Positions 38,421 through 50,432 of a stretch of 64,000 nt of DNA are shown in pieces. Source of the DNA: a virus. Lineage: Duplodnaviria > Caudoviricetes. Position 1 is the first letter of the stretch, and each line of letters begins with the position of its first letter. Both the position numbers and the translations under genes were made by a program. The stretch lies in IMG/VR virus record IMGVR_UViG_3300027747_002427; one strand, 5' to 3'. The notes beneath the pieces are model-generated. The model was not told the origin of the DNA and made no database searches. It was given only the letters and a program-made list of their open reading frames with translations.

Positions 38421-39068
38421 ATGTCTAATTCTAACTATATCTTTACTAATCAAGTATCCTCTGTTCCTGTAAACCCTAATGTAGGGTATAACAATTCTTG
38501 GGTCAAAGTTGATAGCAATGCTCGAAGAGAACTTTATGCACAGGCCTCTTACATTACTAATCTAGACGGATTAAGTGTTTCTTTGACTGCTGGTAACGTA
38601 AACATTGGTGATGTTCATATTGCAGATCCCGGTGGATTACATGCTAACGTGGCAGATGTAGGTGCAGGATTAGGGGCTTTGAGAGTTTTAACCCAAGACT
38701 TCGATTCGATACACGATAGTGTTTCCATAGGAGATAAGAAAGGTATTAACTTTGCTTCAATCCAACCTTCAACAAGTGCATTAAGAACTTATGATATTGG
38801 TAGTAGAGTTACAAATTGGGATGTATTGAGTGCTGCTGTTAATGGTTCCACATATACAACATTCCCATCAAATCCTGCTAATGAGATAACAATTTTAAAT
38901 AATACAGGTGGTATTATTTATATTAAAAATGCAGCTAAATCAATAGGCTTACCAATTGATAATAATACATCCGTTGATCTTAGATTAGTTGGTGATACTA
39001 ATGAAGTAGCAGTTCTAGCTAGTAGTAATAATAAAACAGTTTTTGGTACATTTATAGCTTATAACTAA
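38421..39068 (+). CDS. Putative virion structural protein
   Basis: Ser/Thr/Asn-rich beta protein; N-terminus PxNPNVGYNNSWV is shared with ORF 51649. Confidence 0.45.
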   Translation: MSNSNYIFTNQVSSVPVNPNVGYNNSWVKVDSNARRELYAQASYITNLDGLSVSLTAGNVNIGDVHIADPGGLHANVADVGAGLGALRVLTQDFDSIHDSVSIGDKKGINFASIQPSTSALRTYDIGSRVTNWDVLSAAVNGSTYTTFPSNPANEITILNNTGGIIYIKNAAKSIGLPIDNNTSVDLRLVGDTNEVAVLASSNNKTVFGTFIAYN

Positions 39069-39069
39069 T

Positions 39070-39286
39070 ATGGGAAGAATATCTTTACTTGGAACTGGTA
39101 ATGTAGCTTTTAGTGGCTGATGTTAATGTAACAACAAGTTCTAAAGTCTTTGTTCAATCAATTGATGTGACAGATGATAAGAAAATACCATCAATTAGTG
39201 TTGTTACATCTACAGGAAGTCTTACTGCTTATAGTAGTATTAATAATATCACATCTAAGATCAATTACTTCTTTATAAATCCGTAA
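39070..39286 (+). pseudogene. Frameshifted small beta-rich ORF
   Basis: An extra T in TTTT (39108-39111) splits an otherwise continuous ~71-aa frame. Confidence 0.45.
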
Positions 39287-39302
39287 AAGATAAGTATTCT
39301 AT

Positions 39303-40133
39303 ATGTTTACAGCGTTAGTTGGTATAGTAGCTTTAATAGTAGCAGGATGTGCTGCATTCTTTTCGGTTCAAGGATTAGCAACATTATATGCTGCTCGTTT
39401 TGTGGCAGTTTGTGTCATGGCAGGAAGTTTGGAAATTGGAAAGTTGGTTGCAGCTTCGTTTCTGCATAGATATTGGCACACTTGCGGAATACTCTTAAAA
39501 TTTTATTTAACTATAGCGGTTGTTGTTTTAATGGGTATAACATCATTAGGTATTTTTGGTTTCTTAACAGGAGCATATCAACAGAGCCATACCAAGGTAG
39601 AACTTACAGATGTTAAACAAGAATCTTTAAATTCTAAGAAAGAATTTTTAACTCTAGAAATAAGTCAATTAAATGATAGAATTAAAACATTAAATGAAGC
39701 AAGAAAAGCTCAAGAAAAACGATTACCAGATTTATCAAGTAGAGCAGCTAAACCAATTTACGAAGATATTAAAAAATCATCAGAAGAAATATCTGCAACG
39801 AGGAAAAGAGTTGATGAACTTACTACGCAACTCTTTGAAACAAGTCAAGATTCAATCAATCAAAAGATTGAAGGTTCCAAAGAAGTAGATATTGGAACAC
39901 TTAAGTATGTAGCAAAAACCTTTGGAGTAGATATGGACACTGTTGTAAAGTGGTTTACGCTAGCTATTGTATTGGTGTTTGACCCTCTTGCCGTAGCATT
40001 GGTTTTAGCTTATAATAGTCTTATAGAAACTATACCACCTAAAAAAGTAGAGCATATAGAATATGAAGAAGAGCCGGTTACAAGAAAGATAATTAAAAAA
40101 ATAACTGGGGCTCATTACAGAGATCAATTATGA
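39303..40133 (+). CDS. Multi-pass membrane protein with coiled coil
   Basis: Three N-terminal TM helices, a long coiled coil, and a C-terminal TM (VFDPLAV). Confidence 0.65.
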   Translation: MFTALVGIVALIVAGCAAFFSVQGLATLYAARFVAVCVMAGSLEIGKLVAASFLHRYWHTCGILLKFYLTIAVVVLMGITSLGIFGFLTGAYQQSHTKVELTDVKQESLNSKKEFLTLEISQLNDRIKTLNEARKAQEKRLPDLSSRAAKPIYEDIKKSSEEISATRKRVDELTTQLFETSQDSINQKIEGSKEVDIGTLKYVAKTFGVDMDTVVKWFTLAIVLVFDPLAVALVLAYNSLIETIPPKKVEHIEYEEEPVTRKIIKKITGAHYRDQL

Positions 40134-40309
40134 AAGATATAAAATATACACATAAAAGAACTTATAGAGATTTTGGAGAAGAAGGTATTCCTCTTAAAAG
40201 ACCACTTATATTAAGAAAGAAAAAAAATATCTTTCAAAAAATAAAAGAAAAGGTTGTATCTTTGTTTAAAAGATAGTATATTAATAATAGATCTTTGATA
40301 AATAATTTT

Positions 40310-40744
40310 GGGGGCGTACTGGTTTCGACTCATACTCGAAGTTTGTATTGCACGCAGTAGTTGATCTGTGGCTACTTTAAAACGGATTAAAAACTAAATG
40401 CAAAGGCAATAACCAATGCAGTTGTGTCAGTCAAGTCATTCGTGACAAATATGGCAGAGAGCCTCTTCAGTAATGAAGATGAGCTTTGCCTTATGGCTGC
40501 TTAACAATAAGAGAGGATCCTATTAAATCTTTTATTATAATAATAGGTATAGAAGTACTTGCGATTCTTATAAAATAAGTGCAAGGGGTGGTATGTGGTC
40601 CTTAATCACACATATAGGCAGACTCTAAAAGATAGGTCGGTAAACCATAGGAGCCTTTAGTCAATCAAATCCTAAATTTACCTAAGCGTGTAGAAGTATA
40701 AATAGAATAGTATGAACACAGGGGTTCGACTCCCCTCGCTTCCA
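40310..40744 (+). ncRNA. ssrA: tmRNA
   Basis: 5' GGGGGCGTACTGGTTTCGAC; 3' GGGGTTCGACTCCCCTCGCTTCCA with a G3-U70 pair; tag ORF 40400-40504 ending LMAA*. Confidence 0.92.
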
Positions 40745-40763
40745 TTCCCTCGCCTCTACCATT

Positions 40764-40997
40764 TTATTTTTCCGGTTTTAATTGCCCACCACGTCTTAAA
40801 GCTCCTCTATAATTAGAAGCTTGAAGTTTAGCTCTTTTAGAATTATGCTTTTTAACAACCCAATTACTTAATTTTTGTAATTTAGTAGAAGTTGATAACC
40901 CTTTTAAAGATACTCTAAATTTTTGCCAATCATCAGATGATACAGCTTTATCTATTTGCTGATGTGTTGCTTCATAAAAGAAGGTTTTGAAATTCAT
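40764..40997 (-). CDS. Small basic protein with capsid-targeting-like N-terminus
   Basis: MNFKTFFYEA; TAAATA upstream. Confidence 0.6.
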   Translation of the reverse strand: MNFKTFFYEATHQQIDKAVSSDDWQKFRVSLKGLSTSTKLQKLSNWVVKKHNSKRAKLQASNYRGALRRGGQLKPEK

Positions 40998-41897
40998 TAT
41001 ATATTATTTACAGTTGATATTACCAGCATAACAATATAATATATAAACAAATGGGAATGTTTGATACTATATATTGCGAAAGAAAACTACCTCTTACTAA
41101 AGAGATTAAGAAGGCCTTTCCAGACACTAATTGGTCTAAAGCAGACTTTCAAACTAAAGATTTGGATAATACAATGACTACCTATTCTATCAAAAAGAAT
41201 GGTACTCTTAATATTTTAAAGGTTGAAGGAGAAACTGTTCGAGTAATAACAGAAGAAGAAGAAAAGAAGATTCGCAAGCAAAAGAAATTTTGTTGGCCTT
41301 ATGAGTTTGTTGAGAAAAGTAGAACATACGAAAAGTATGAGTATACAGGTACAGTTAATTTTTATTATTATCGAGAAGACAATGACAATAATACATGGGA
41401 TCTAGAATTTACAGCAACATTTGTCAAAGGTAAGCTTACTGATCTTGTCCTTGATAGTGCTGAGATTATTCATACAGCTGAACAAAATGCAGCTAATGAA
41501 AAGGCTTGGAAGGATAGCTTAGCAGCTCATGAAAGACATCCTTGGACAAAGACGAAGAAATTTTTAAATAGTGTTACTTTTGGTTATTGGTCTATATTTT
41601 GGGGTAATAGAGTTTCCAGATCTCTTTATTGGATATCTCAAAATATACAAAAACTTCAACTCTGGATTGTTCGTAACCTTGCTTAATATGAAAGATCCTT
41701 TTGTACCAGCTCTTATTAGTTTAATGACTGTAGTCGCCTTTATTTGGTGGTTGACTATCAAGGGATATATTCTTATAATTTATCCATAATATGAAATCAC
41801 TAGAAACAAAATTAGTCTGGTTAGGAGCAATTGTAATTTGTGCTACTTTCTGGTATGGCATATTCAAGATTATTAAATATTTTATTAATGAATATTT

Positions 41898-42755
41898 TTG
41901 AACATGAATAAGATTTTAGTTATAGGTGATATTCATAACCATTGGGTTAGAGCTGAAGCCATTGCATCAAAATACGATGATCATACTATTGTGTTTATCG
42001 GAGACTATTTTGATGACTTCGGTGATACTGCTATTGACGCTGATCAAACAGCTAGATGGCTTAAAGAGTCATTGACTAAGCCTAATCGAATCCATCTGAT
42101 GGGTAACCATGACATTAACTATTCCTACCTAAACTATAGGAAGGATAGTAAGGGTAATCTTCAGAACCTTTATCATTGCTCTGGGTACACTCTTCAGAAG
42201 GATGATGCTATTAATCGAGTTATGACCAATGAAGATTGGGATAAGATTAAGATGTATCATTACGAGAATGGCTGGTTCTTTACCCATGCTGGGCTTTCCC
42301 ATTATTGGTTTGAACACCCTGTTCTCGATACAACTCCTGAGATTATTACCAAGAAGCTTGATGAGGCTGTAGAGATGTATAAGAATCGGGAGTATACAGA
42401 TATTCTTGGAGCTGCTGGAAGGTGTAGAGGTGGTACTCACAAAGTAGGTGGCATTCTCTGGCATGATCACTTCAGAGAGTCTACTCCTCTTCCTTTTATT
42501 AAGCAGGTCTATGGTCATACTCCTAATACTACAACAGTAGGTCCTCTTATTGATATTGAAAAGGATGATGAATACTCAATCAATGTAAATGTTGATTGTG
42601 GTCTTCAAGAGGTCTTTAGAATTCATGAGGATGGTTCTGCAGGTCCCTTAAAAACAGATCTGCAGAACTTTTACTACGAAGCTAAAAAGAAAGACTTTGA
42701 TGCTATGATGAAGACTATTGACTCTCAGGCTTGGGGAGATTATAATAAGATATGA
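41898..42755 (+). CDS. Calcineurin-like metallophosphoesterase
   Basis: GDIH, GDYFD, GNHD, THAG and GHTP motifs. Confidence 0.9.
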   Translation: MNMNKILVIGDIHNHWVRAEAIASKYDDHTIVFIGDYFDDFGDTAIDADQTARWLKESLTKPNRIHLMGNHDINYSYLNYRKDSKGNLQNLYHCSGYTLQKDDAINRVMTNEDWDKIKMYHYENGWFFTHAGLSHYWFEHPVLDTTPEIITKKLDEAVEMYKNREYTDILGAAGRCRGGTHKVGGILWHDHFRESTPLPFIKQVYGHTPNTTTVGPLIDIEKDDEYSINVNVDCGLQEVFRIHEDGSAGPLKTDLQNFYYEAKKKDFDAMMKTIDSQAWGDYNKI

Positions 42756-43628
42756 AGAAGATCCTAAAACCCAAACAGCACGAAGAAGCAAATTATTTTT
42801 CTGACTTTACTGGTCAACCTTTTGATAACTATTATGGTCCAGCAGTAGAATTAAAAGTTAATTTTAACTATGGGTCAAAGTATGATTGTTCTGAATTTAC
42901 TTTACATTTATCGGATAAAGATATTGAGCCAATTCTAGATCTCATTCAATCCAAGCTCAATTCAGACTTTAAAAAGGGGTTACATGATTTCTATTTAGGT
43001 GATGAGGAGCAATTACAGAATGCAATAGAAGCAAGAGATCATATGGAGTGTGAGTATAGGATATCCAACATGCGACTTATTAATAGACTTTTAGGGAATG
43101 AAGAATAAAAGTATGACAAACCATGAGAAAATTATAGCTCTGAATACAATCTGGTATGACCTGATTGGAGGAGAATATCATAAAGATCGAGATTGTCATT
43201 TTAGGATTTCTACTCATTATATGTATGGGGATAGAGTTGAATGGGAAGTTGAGCATCATGGATATATTCTACATGATAAAGAGGCTGAATTTAACACTTT
43301 AGAAGATGCTGAAACGTATCTTATTAATGATGTTCTTAAAAAAGGAATTTTAGAGGAAGTTGAATTTTATCTTGAACATTATGGAGACTCTAACTGGGAT
43401 CAGCATAACAGATACAATAAAGAGGGTTTACAAGAGATCATTACAAGAGTAATGTTAATAACAAAAGATTAAGTAATATTATGAACCCATCATTGTTTAT
43501 ATTTCATATAGCAATGGTATTCTTGTTAATAGGTTTTGGTATATTTGGTTGGATGGTATATAAACCATTTAAGAAAGTTTATAAGAGAGGTAGGAAGGCT
43601 AAGAGAAGACTTAAAAAGTTTAATGAGT

Positions 43629-44303
43629 CTAAATCTCCTTCAAAGTAACCTTACCTTCTTTGTCAATTATTAGATAGTGACAAGGTTCATCACAGAAAGA
43701 GCCTGAATTGTGATACTCTTTACCTGATTCTTCACACTTAAAGCTTTCGGCAAAATGGATATGCCCTCCAATAATGGCATCATAGTCTTTGTCCTTAATA
43801 TAGTCTAAGGCTTTATTCCTAATCTTTACCTTTACATTTAGGAATACTTTTGATGTTCTTTTTAACCATCTGGAGAACTTCTTTGATCTATCAATACTCT
43901 GGAAAAAATAATAAATGCTTTCAGCAATATGAGTTACAATAGGATATTTTTTAAGGAAAGAATCAAATTGATGAAAATGAATAAACAAGAACTTCTTATT
44001 ATTAATTGTTAATTCATACTTGTCAATAAACTCTAGTCCTAGAACCTTTATTAGGAATGTTGAATTAATGTCATGATTACCTTTAATGAGGGTAACTTCT
44101 TTCTTCTTGGCTATCTTTCTAATAAGAGCTAAAACTTTCCAGTGATGTTTCTTGTATCTTTCTATATGCTGATTATCAAATAGATCACCATTCACTATTA
44201 AATGATTATATTTTTCATTCTTTAGAACATTAACTACAGTTTTAACTTTAGAGACTGGGCTTCCTAAATGAATATCTGATATAACAAGAACATTGTCTTT
44301 CAT
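43629..44303 (-). CDS. LpxH-like (UDP-2,3-diacylglucosamine hydrolase family) metallophosphoesterase
   Basis: SDIHLG, NGDLFD, GNHD, IHFHQFD, GHIH and NSGSF motifs. Confidence 0.8.
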   Translation of the reverse strand: MKDNVLVISDIHLGSPVSKVKTVVNVLKNEKYNHLIVNGDLFDNQHIERYKKHHWKVLALIRKIAKKKEVTLIKGNHDINSTFLIKVLGLEFIDKYELTINNKKFLFIHFHQFDSFLKKYPIVTHIAESIYYFFQSIDRSKKFSRWLKRTSKVFLNVKVKIRNKALDYIKDKDYDAIIGGHIHFAESFKCEESGKEYHNSGSFCDEPCHYLIIDKEGKVTLKEI

Positions 44304-45607
44304 TACATCTATTTATTTGACTTTCCATCCATTTGAGCTAATATTATATTAAAGTATGAAACTACCTTTAGCATCAGTCTGGGTTGGAGATAAATGGATC
44401 TCTTTAAAGAATGTTGAGATTATCCAATACTATAAAGTAAGTGAAAAGACAGCTCTGCAGTTTAGATATGAAGGACAGGTCATGGAAAGTTATGTAGAAT
44501 TTCATGAGTTTGGAGTTGACACCTCCTCCTAAAGCTATATAATAAGAAAATGTTTAATTTATTCCCACAGAAGAAGTCAGTTGATGAGATACTAGAAGAC
44601 TCAAAGCCTAAGATTAATATAACTGCAGAATGGAATGAGCTTTTAAAGGAAGTTTTGCAGTTAAGACATTTGAAAGAAGAGAATGTTCAATTGATGGAGA
44701 GAATTAATGAGATTGATAGTGATGTAAATAGAGATTTACAAGATCAGCTTTTTACTCTTAAGAATGATTATGCTCTTCTTAGAGCTAAGAACAATACACT
44801 ACAAGAATTTATTGATACAAAAATAAAGGTAGACTGGAAGTCAGCAAGAATTGATATTCTTGAAAGAGATTTACAGAAATGTGCTGAACAAAGAGATGAA
44901 TATAAACATCAGCTCAATGCAGCTAATAAGGAGAATGAAAAGCTAAAGAAGGATATTGTAGACTATGTCTTTGACAAGGATGAAGAGATTGAAAAACTCA
45001 AAGCTCAAAAACATCCTATGTACCCTCTTTATTGGAGTGGACTTGATCCATTAATCCATGAACAAGTAAAGGATCTTACTATTGAAGAGACTATAGATAA
45101 GGTTAAAAAGAAAACACCTTGGGTTGAAGAGCCTGTTGATTGGAAAGGAGACACAACAGAAAAGTCTTGGAAGTGTCCTTGTAATAAATGCAAAGAGATT
45201 AAGAAAGGGACTTCTTGGGAAGAAGCAGCATCTGATTTGGCTTTGAGAGCTGTAAAGCTTGAAAAGCAAATAAAAGAGCTTACACTTATTAAACTATGCC
45301 AGAAGCCATCTTAAAGTTCAATCTTCCTGAGGAGCAAAGTGAATTTGATATAGCAAATAATGCTGGAAAATATTATTCTGTTCTTTGGGATTTAGATCAG
45401 TATCTTAGAAACTGTGTCAAGTATCCAACAGAAGGTGCTCCAAAGCTTCTTACAAATACTATGGATCAGGTAAGAGCTGAATTGCACAGCTTAATGAAAT
45501 CTTATCATATTGATTTTAATATATGAAATTTTATATAACAGAGTTTAAAGCAACGCCCGATTCCTATTGGATTATGGATATAGGGGGTAGAAAGGTTAGA
45601 AGGTTTA

Positions 45608-46168
45608 TTGAATGGCTTTGGTTTAGAATTGAATATTAATATGAAGCCTACAGTTGTATGGATTACTGGATTATCGGGTGCTGGTAAGACAACTGTAGCC
45701 GAACTTTTAGAACAGTATTGTTTCTATAAAGGTCGTAAGGTAGGTTTATTAGATGGGGATGTTATTCGAGCAACATATGAAAAGCCAAAAGGCTTTGATA
45801 TGAAGAGTAGGGAGAGGATGGTTAATGAAATGGTCTATAGAGTTAGAAATATGGTGGAGTTTCAAAAAGTTGATGTCACTATTGTTGCTATGATATCACC
45901 TCTTCAGTCTATGAGAGATAACGCTCGTAAGCTCTTGACATCTTACTCTGGTGCTAAGTTTGTAGAGGTTTATTTAGATACACCATTAGAGATTTGTGAG
46001 CAAAGAGATCCAAAAGGTCTTTATAAAAAAGCTCGAGCTGGTGAGATCAAAAACTTTACAGGTATTGATTCAATCTATGAGCCAGCAACACACGCTGAAG
46101 TTATAATTCCCTTTAATTATACAGTTGAACAATCTATAGAACTAATATATAATTCAATAATAATATGA
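45608..46168 (+). CDS. cysC: Adenylyl-sulfate kinase
   Basis: WITGLSGAGKTT, LDGDVIR, ISP, CEQRDPKGLYKKARAGEIKNFTGIDSIYE. Confidence 0.93.
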   Translation: MNGFGLELNINMKPTVVWITGLSGAGKTTVAELLEQYCFYKGRKVGLLDGDVIRATYEKPKGFDMKSRERMVNEMVYRVRNMVEFQKVDVTIVAMISPLQSMRDNARKLLTSYSGAKFVEVYLDTPLEICEQRDPKGLYKKARAGEIKNFTGIDSIYEPATHAEVIIPFNYTVEQSIELIYNSIII

Positions 46169-46669
46169 CAACAAAAAAAGTATTACAACCAACTAATGAT
46201 GTTTATATTCAGTTTACTGAAGAAGAGTTAAGCTCTATTGGAGCAGGGCCCGGAACTAAATTTGAAACTAAACTTCATGATGACGGTTCTATTGAGCTTC
46301 GTCCTTATGTTGGTATTGAGCTTGATATAGCAGATTGGCCAAGAGAAGTTCTTGAAATGATTATTAAGGATTCTTGCGAGCAAGATATTTCAGTTAACGA
46401 TGTTATTAATAATTTATTAAAAGAATCTTTGGACAAATATCCAACTGATAAAGATCTAAAACAAGCCAAAGAAGAACTTCTTCTAGAAAGAGCTGTTATT
46501 GATCCAGATGTTATAAATAAAGATACTAGCATATGTGGTAATAATGAGATTGAAAAGGATATTCTTTATAAAGCACCAGAAAATCCTAATTGGTATAATA
46601 TAAAAGACTCGAGCAATCGCTCAAAAGAGTGGAATAGAGATTATTTAAACGAGATAGATAATTAATGAT

Positions 46670-47251
46670 ATGAATAAAATATTATTACTATCTGCATTGC
46701 TTGTTGTGGGATGCACTTATTATACAGAAAAACAGTCTGAGGCTCTTAGTCAAAATGTTTATGCTACAAATGATTCTCTTAATAAAGCAAGAGTTGACTT
46801 AGCTTATTATTATTCAGACCAAACAACAAGACTTGTTAAACCTCCAAAGAAAAAGATTGATATTCAACCTATTTATCAAGCAGGAGAGGTAGTAAAAGAT
46901 GCTAAAGCCGGTGAAAAGACAAGAGTGGTTATTGTTCCTAGCCAATATAAAGGTGATAAAGTTGTAGTGGTTGATTCTGTTGAGTATCAAGATTTATTAA
47001 AGGTTAAGGCTATTGCCGAGCAATTAAAGAAAGATAACGCAAACCTTGCAAATGCCAAGGAGAATACAGATAAGGAATTAGCAAAGCAAGCAGAATACAC
47101 AAATAAGATGATTAAGGATTTAAATCATCTTCAAGCTGAGGTCTATAAGAAGGATTTAGCTATCTTATGGAGAAACATTATTATTGGAGTTTTATTGGCT
47201 TCAATTGGTGGTTATATCTACTTGAGAATGAACAGTTTCTTAATGTTTTAG
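46670..47251 (+). CDS. Lipoprotein with C-terminal TM helix (u-spanin-like)
   Basis: Lipobox VVG-C; coiled coil; C-terminal TM; sits upstream of the holin and endolysin. Confidence 0.55.
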   Translation: MNKILLLSALLVVGCTYYTEKQSEALSQNVYATNDSLNKARVDLAYYYSDQTTRLVKPPKKKIDIQPIYQAGEVVKDAKAGEKTRVVIVPSQYKGDKVVVVDSVEYQDLLKVKAIAEQLKKDNANLANAKENTDKELAKQAEYTNKMIKDLNHLQAEVYKKDLAILWRNIIIGVLLASIGGYIYLRMNSFLMF

Positions 47252-47539
47252 TTGAAAATCCAGGTTTTATCCATAAATATTAATATGGATAAATTCATTA
47301 AAACAATTTCATCTGTAGTTAATTCAGTCATAGACTGGATTACTCGTAACCCAAAAACATCTCTAGCCATTCTTATTTTTGTAATTGGCTTCATTATCGG
47401 TACTCTTTTCTAAGAGCTAATAATATGTGTGAATATCATACCCCATACTATCGCTATGCCTTAATGTATACGTATTGTCTTTGTTTAGGATTTGGTTTGG
47501 CTCGTTCTTTAATTTATCATCTAGGGTAAATACCTATAG

Positions 47540-47968
47540 ATGTGGCAAAACATAGTTAATATAGTTCAATCTGCTGGTGCTTTTCTTAGTAATGACAAAG
47601 CACCCCCAAATACCCCTGCTCGTTTAGAACAACAATTAGAGGATACAAATCATTTAGCATCTAAAAAATTCTTTGTTATTTTTAGTGCTGCAATTGCTCT
47701 TATAACAATTTACTTTGCCAGTGTTGGTATTCTATTTTTTATACCCAGGACTCCTGAATTAATAGTATCATATACTACAATCTTCAGTAAGATGATGGAA
47801 ATATTTGCGGTTATTGTAGCAACATATCTCGGTGCTCAAGGTATAGTTGATTTAAAATATAATAGTTCATCCAATGTATCATTAGAAGGAGAGGTAGAAG
47901 TGTATGAGGAAATTTTAACTAATAATACAAAAGAAGATGACTATCACATATCGGAGGTTGAAGTATGA
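47540..47968 (+). CDS. Putative holin
   Basis: Two TM helices; overlaps the endolysin start. Confidence 0.55.
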   Translation: MWQNIVNIVQSAGAFLSNDKAPPNTPARLEQQLEDTNHLASKKFFVIFSAAIALITIYFASVGILFFIPRTPELIVSYTTIFSKMMEIFAVIVATYLGAQGIVDLKYNSSSNVSLEGEVEVYEEILTNNTKEDDYHISEVEV

Positions 47969-48576
47969 AAAATCCATCTACAAAAGCTTTAGCATTAATT
48001 TTAGAATATGAAGTAGGAGGTGGTAAATCTTATTATGATAAATATTTGTCTAAACCTACATGGCCAGGAGGAGCTAGTGGATTTACTTTAGGTATAGGTG
48101 TAGATTGTGGATATTATACACCTACAGAGCTAGAAAAGCTTTTTATTTTTTTACCGAAGAATCAATTAGAGATAGTCAAAGGAGCTTCTGGCAAGACTGG
48201 TCAAGCAGGAAAAGAATACACTCAGAAGTATAAAAATAGTGGTATAGTTGTGTCTTGGGATCAGGCTCTTAAAATATTCAATGAACTTATTTGGGGAAAA
48301 TTTGCTAGACTTGCAGAAAAGGCTTTTCCTGGATTAGATCAATTATGTGATGATGCCTATGGTGCTATTGTTTCTTTGGTGTTCAATAGAGGTTCTTCAT
48401 TATCTGGTGATAGTAGACTTGAAATGCGTAATATTCGTGATTTAGTTCCTAAAAAAGATTATAAAGGTATTGCAAATGAATTAAGAAAAATGAAGCGTAT
48501 ATGGCAGGGTAAAGGATTAGACGGATTAATTACTAGAAGAGAAGCTGAAGCCAAATTGGTAGAAACCTGCATATGA
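47965..48576 (+). CDS. Endolysin, lysozyme (pesticin/GH24-like) fold
   Basis: LEYEVGG, WPGGASGFTLGIGVDCG, SLVFNRG, GLITRREAEA. Confidence 0.85.
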   Translation: MKNPSTKALALILEYEVGGGKSYYDKYLSKPTWPGGASGFTLGIGVDCGYYTPTELEKLFIFLPKNQLEIVKGASGKTGQAGKEYTQKYKNSGIVVSWDQALKIFNELIWGKFARLAEKAFPGLDQLCDDAYGAIVSLVFNRGSSLSGDSRLEMRNIRDLVPKKDYKGIANELRKMKRIWQGKGLDGLITRREAEAKLVETCI

Positions 48577-50432
48577 GTTTATCCCAAATATATACAACTC
48601 ACGTAAAACACAATCCTATTAATAATTTTATTTCTTCTATTGGAGGTATGCCTCAAATAGAAAAAGATCCTACAATTACTAAATTAGAAAGAGATGTTAT
48701 GCTTCAAATGCAGCATTTAATGCCTAAAGAAGAGATAATCCAGCAACCTCAAACATCGGTTAAAACATTATCCCCGGAAGAAGCTTTAAAAGAGTTGATT
48801 AACCTATCAAAATCTTAGAGAATATTTGAGTGAATTATTTTGATATAAATGAAAAATTAAAAGAAGAATTGGTTTTAAATTATCAAGCCATTTTTGCCAA
48901 AACAATTTTTTTATCAGCTGGTAATCTTTTATTACCAGAACCATTTTACGAAACCGCTGTATTATGGGAAAAAAATACAGATATAGAAATTTTACAAAAA
49001 GCTTATAAGCTAATAGTAAAACATCAAAAAAAATTAGGAGAACAAATGACAGATCCTATTTTTGAATATAGTTTACAAAAACCTTCAATGGTTTGGGCAA
49101 CATTCACACAACCCTTAAGTGATGCGAAATACATAGAAGATTAGGCCACTTTTAATATAAGTAAATATAATTCTCATATGAGTTATCAGCCAGACCCTAC
49201 GAGTGATAAGTTTATAGAAAAGCTAAACGTTTTTGAATCGAGACACAGGCCTTTTATTAATTTAATTATTAAGCCATTGCTTACAATGACTGTATTCTTA
49301 GCTGTGGGGTACTATACTATGTGGATGTCCACTACATATGTTAAGCAGGATAAATTTGTTGATTATATGAAACAACAAATTGAATTAGATAAAAAACAAG
49401 ATGAGATTCTTAAAACCCGTTTTGAAGTAACTCAAGGTAAATTAGAAATTATAATAAATAATCAAGTATCGTTTACAGAACAATTAAAAACCTATAATCA
49501 ATTATTAGGTGGATTCCAAAAACAATTAGACAATATTGATGGTAGAGTAACATATTTAGAAAGGCGTCCCGCTGCTATACCAGCAAATTAAGGTATAAAG
49601 ATAAATAATTTTATGCCTTATAAAATTAAAAAGAAAAATGGCGGTTATAAAGTCTGTAAAGTAAGTGGCAAATGTTTTAGTAAAAAACCACTTACAAAGA
49701 AAAAAGCACAAGCTCAAAGAGCAGCAATTGCTATTAATTCATACGAATCTTTAAAACCTTCTTTAAATCAACTCATAGAAGACGTCTTGAAATTCCAATA
49801 ATACCCCCTAAGTATTATTGTGAAAAATAAGAGATTTTGTTATCGTCAAGGGGTTATATTAACAGAAGCACATCCTATTCTTTTAAAGGGTCAAGTAGTA
49901 GAAATTATAGAAGAAGCTGGGCCTCATTATGTTGTAAGAGTTAATATAAATAGTCCAGTTTTTATTTTAAACAGACAAGATGTTTTAGTAAATTAATCTT
50001 GATTTTACCTAATAACATATCATATATTAATTGTATGATTCATGTAGCATTAGCAAATATAGAAAGCCAAGTAATTAAAGGCATGGTTTTAGAAGCTCCA
50101 GTTAATTCCATTGCATATGATGAGTCGGATAAACCAATTTTAATAGAAAAAGGTGCAATATTCAAGGTGACTCATAATAACCGCATTGGAATCAATAGAT
50201 ATCGCATTAATTTACAGGATATTAAGACAGGTGAGAAGCGATACCAGATGAATTATGGCATTGGTAAGAATAAAAATGGTAATCCGGTTTGGTCTCGCAG
50301 AAAGGATTTAGAAAACCCTGAAGACATTCCTCTTTGCTATTCTTTAAAAACAAAAAACCCTCTTTTCAGAAAAGTTCCTGGAGAAAAAAGATATATCTAT
50401 ACTAAATTAGATACACCAATAAGATTTTAATT

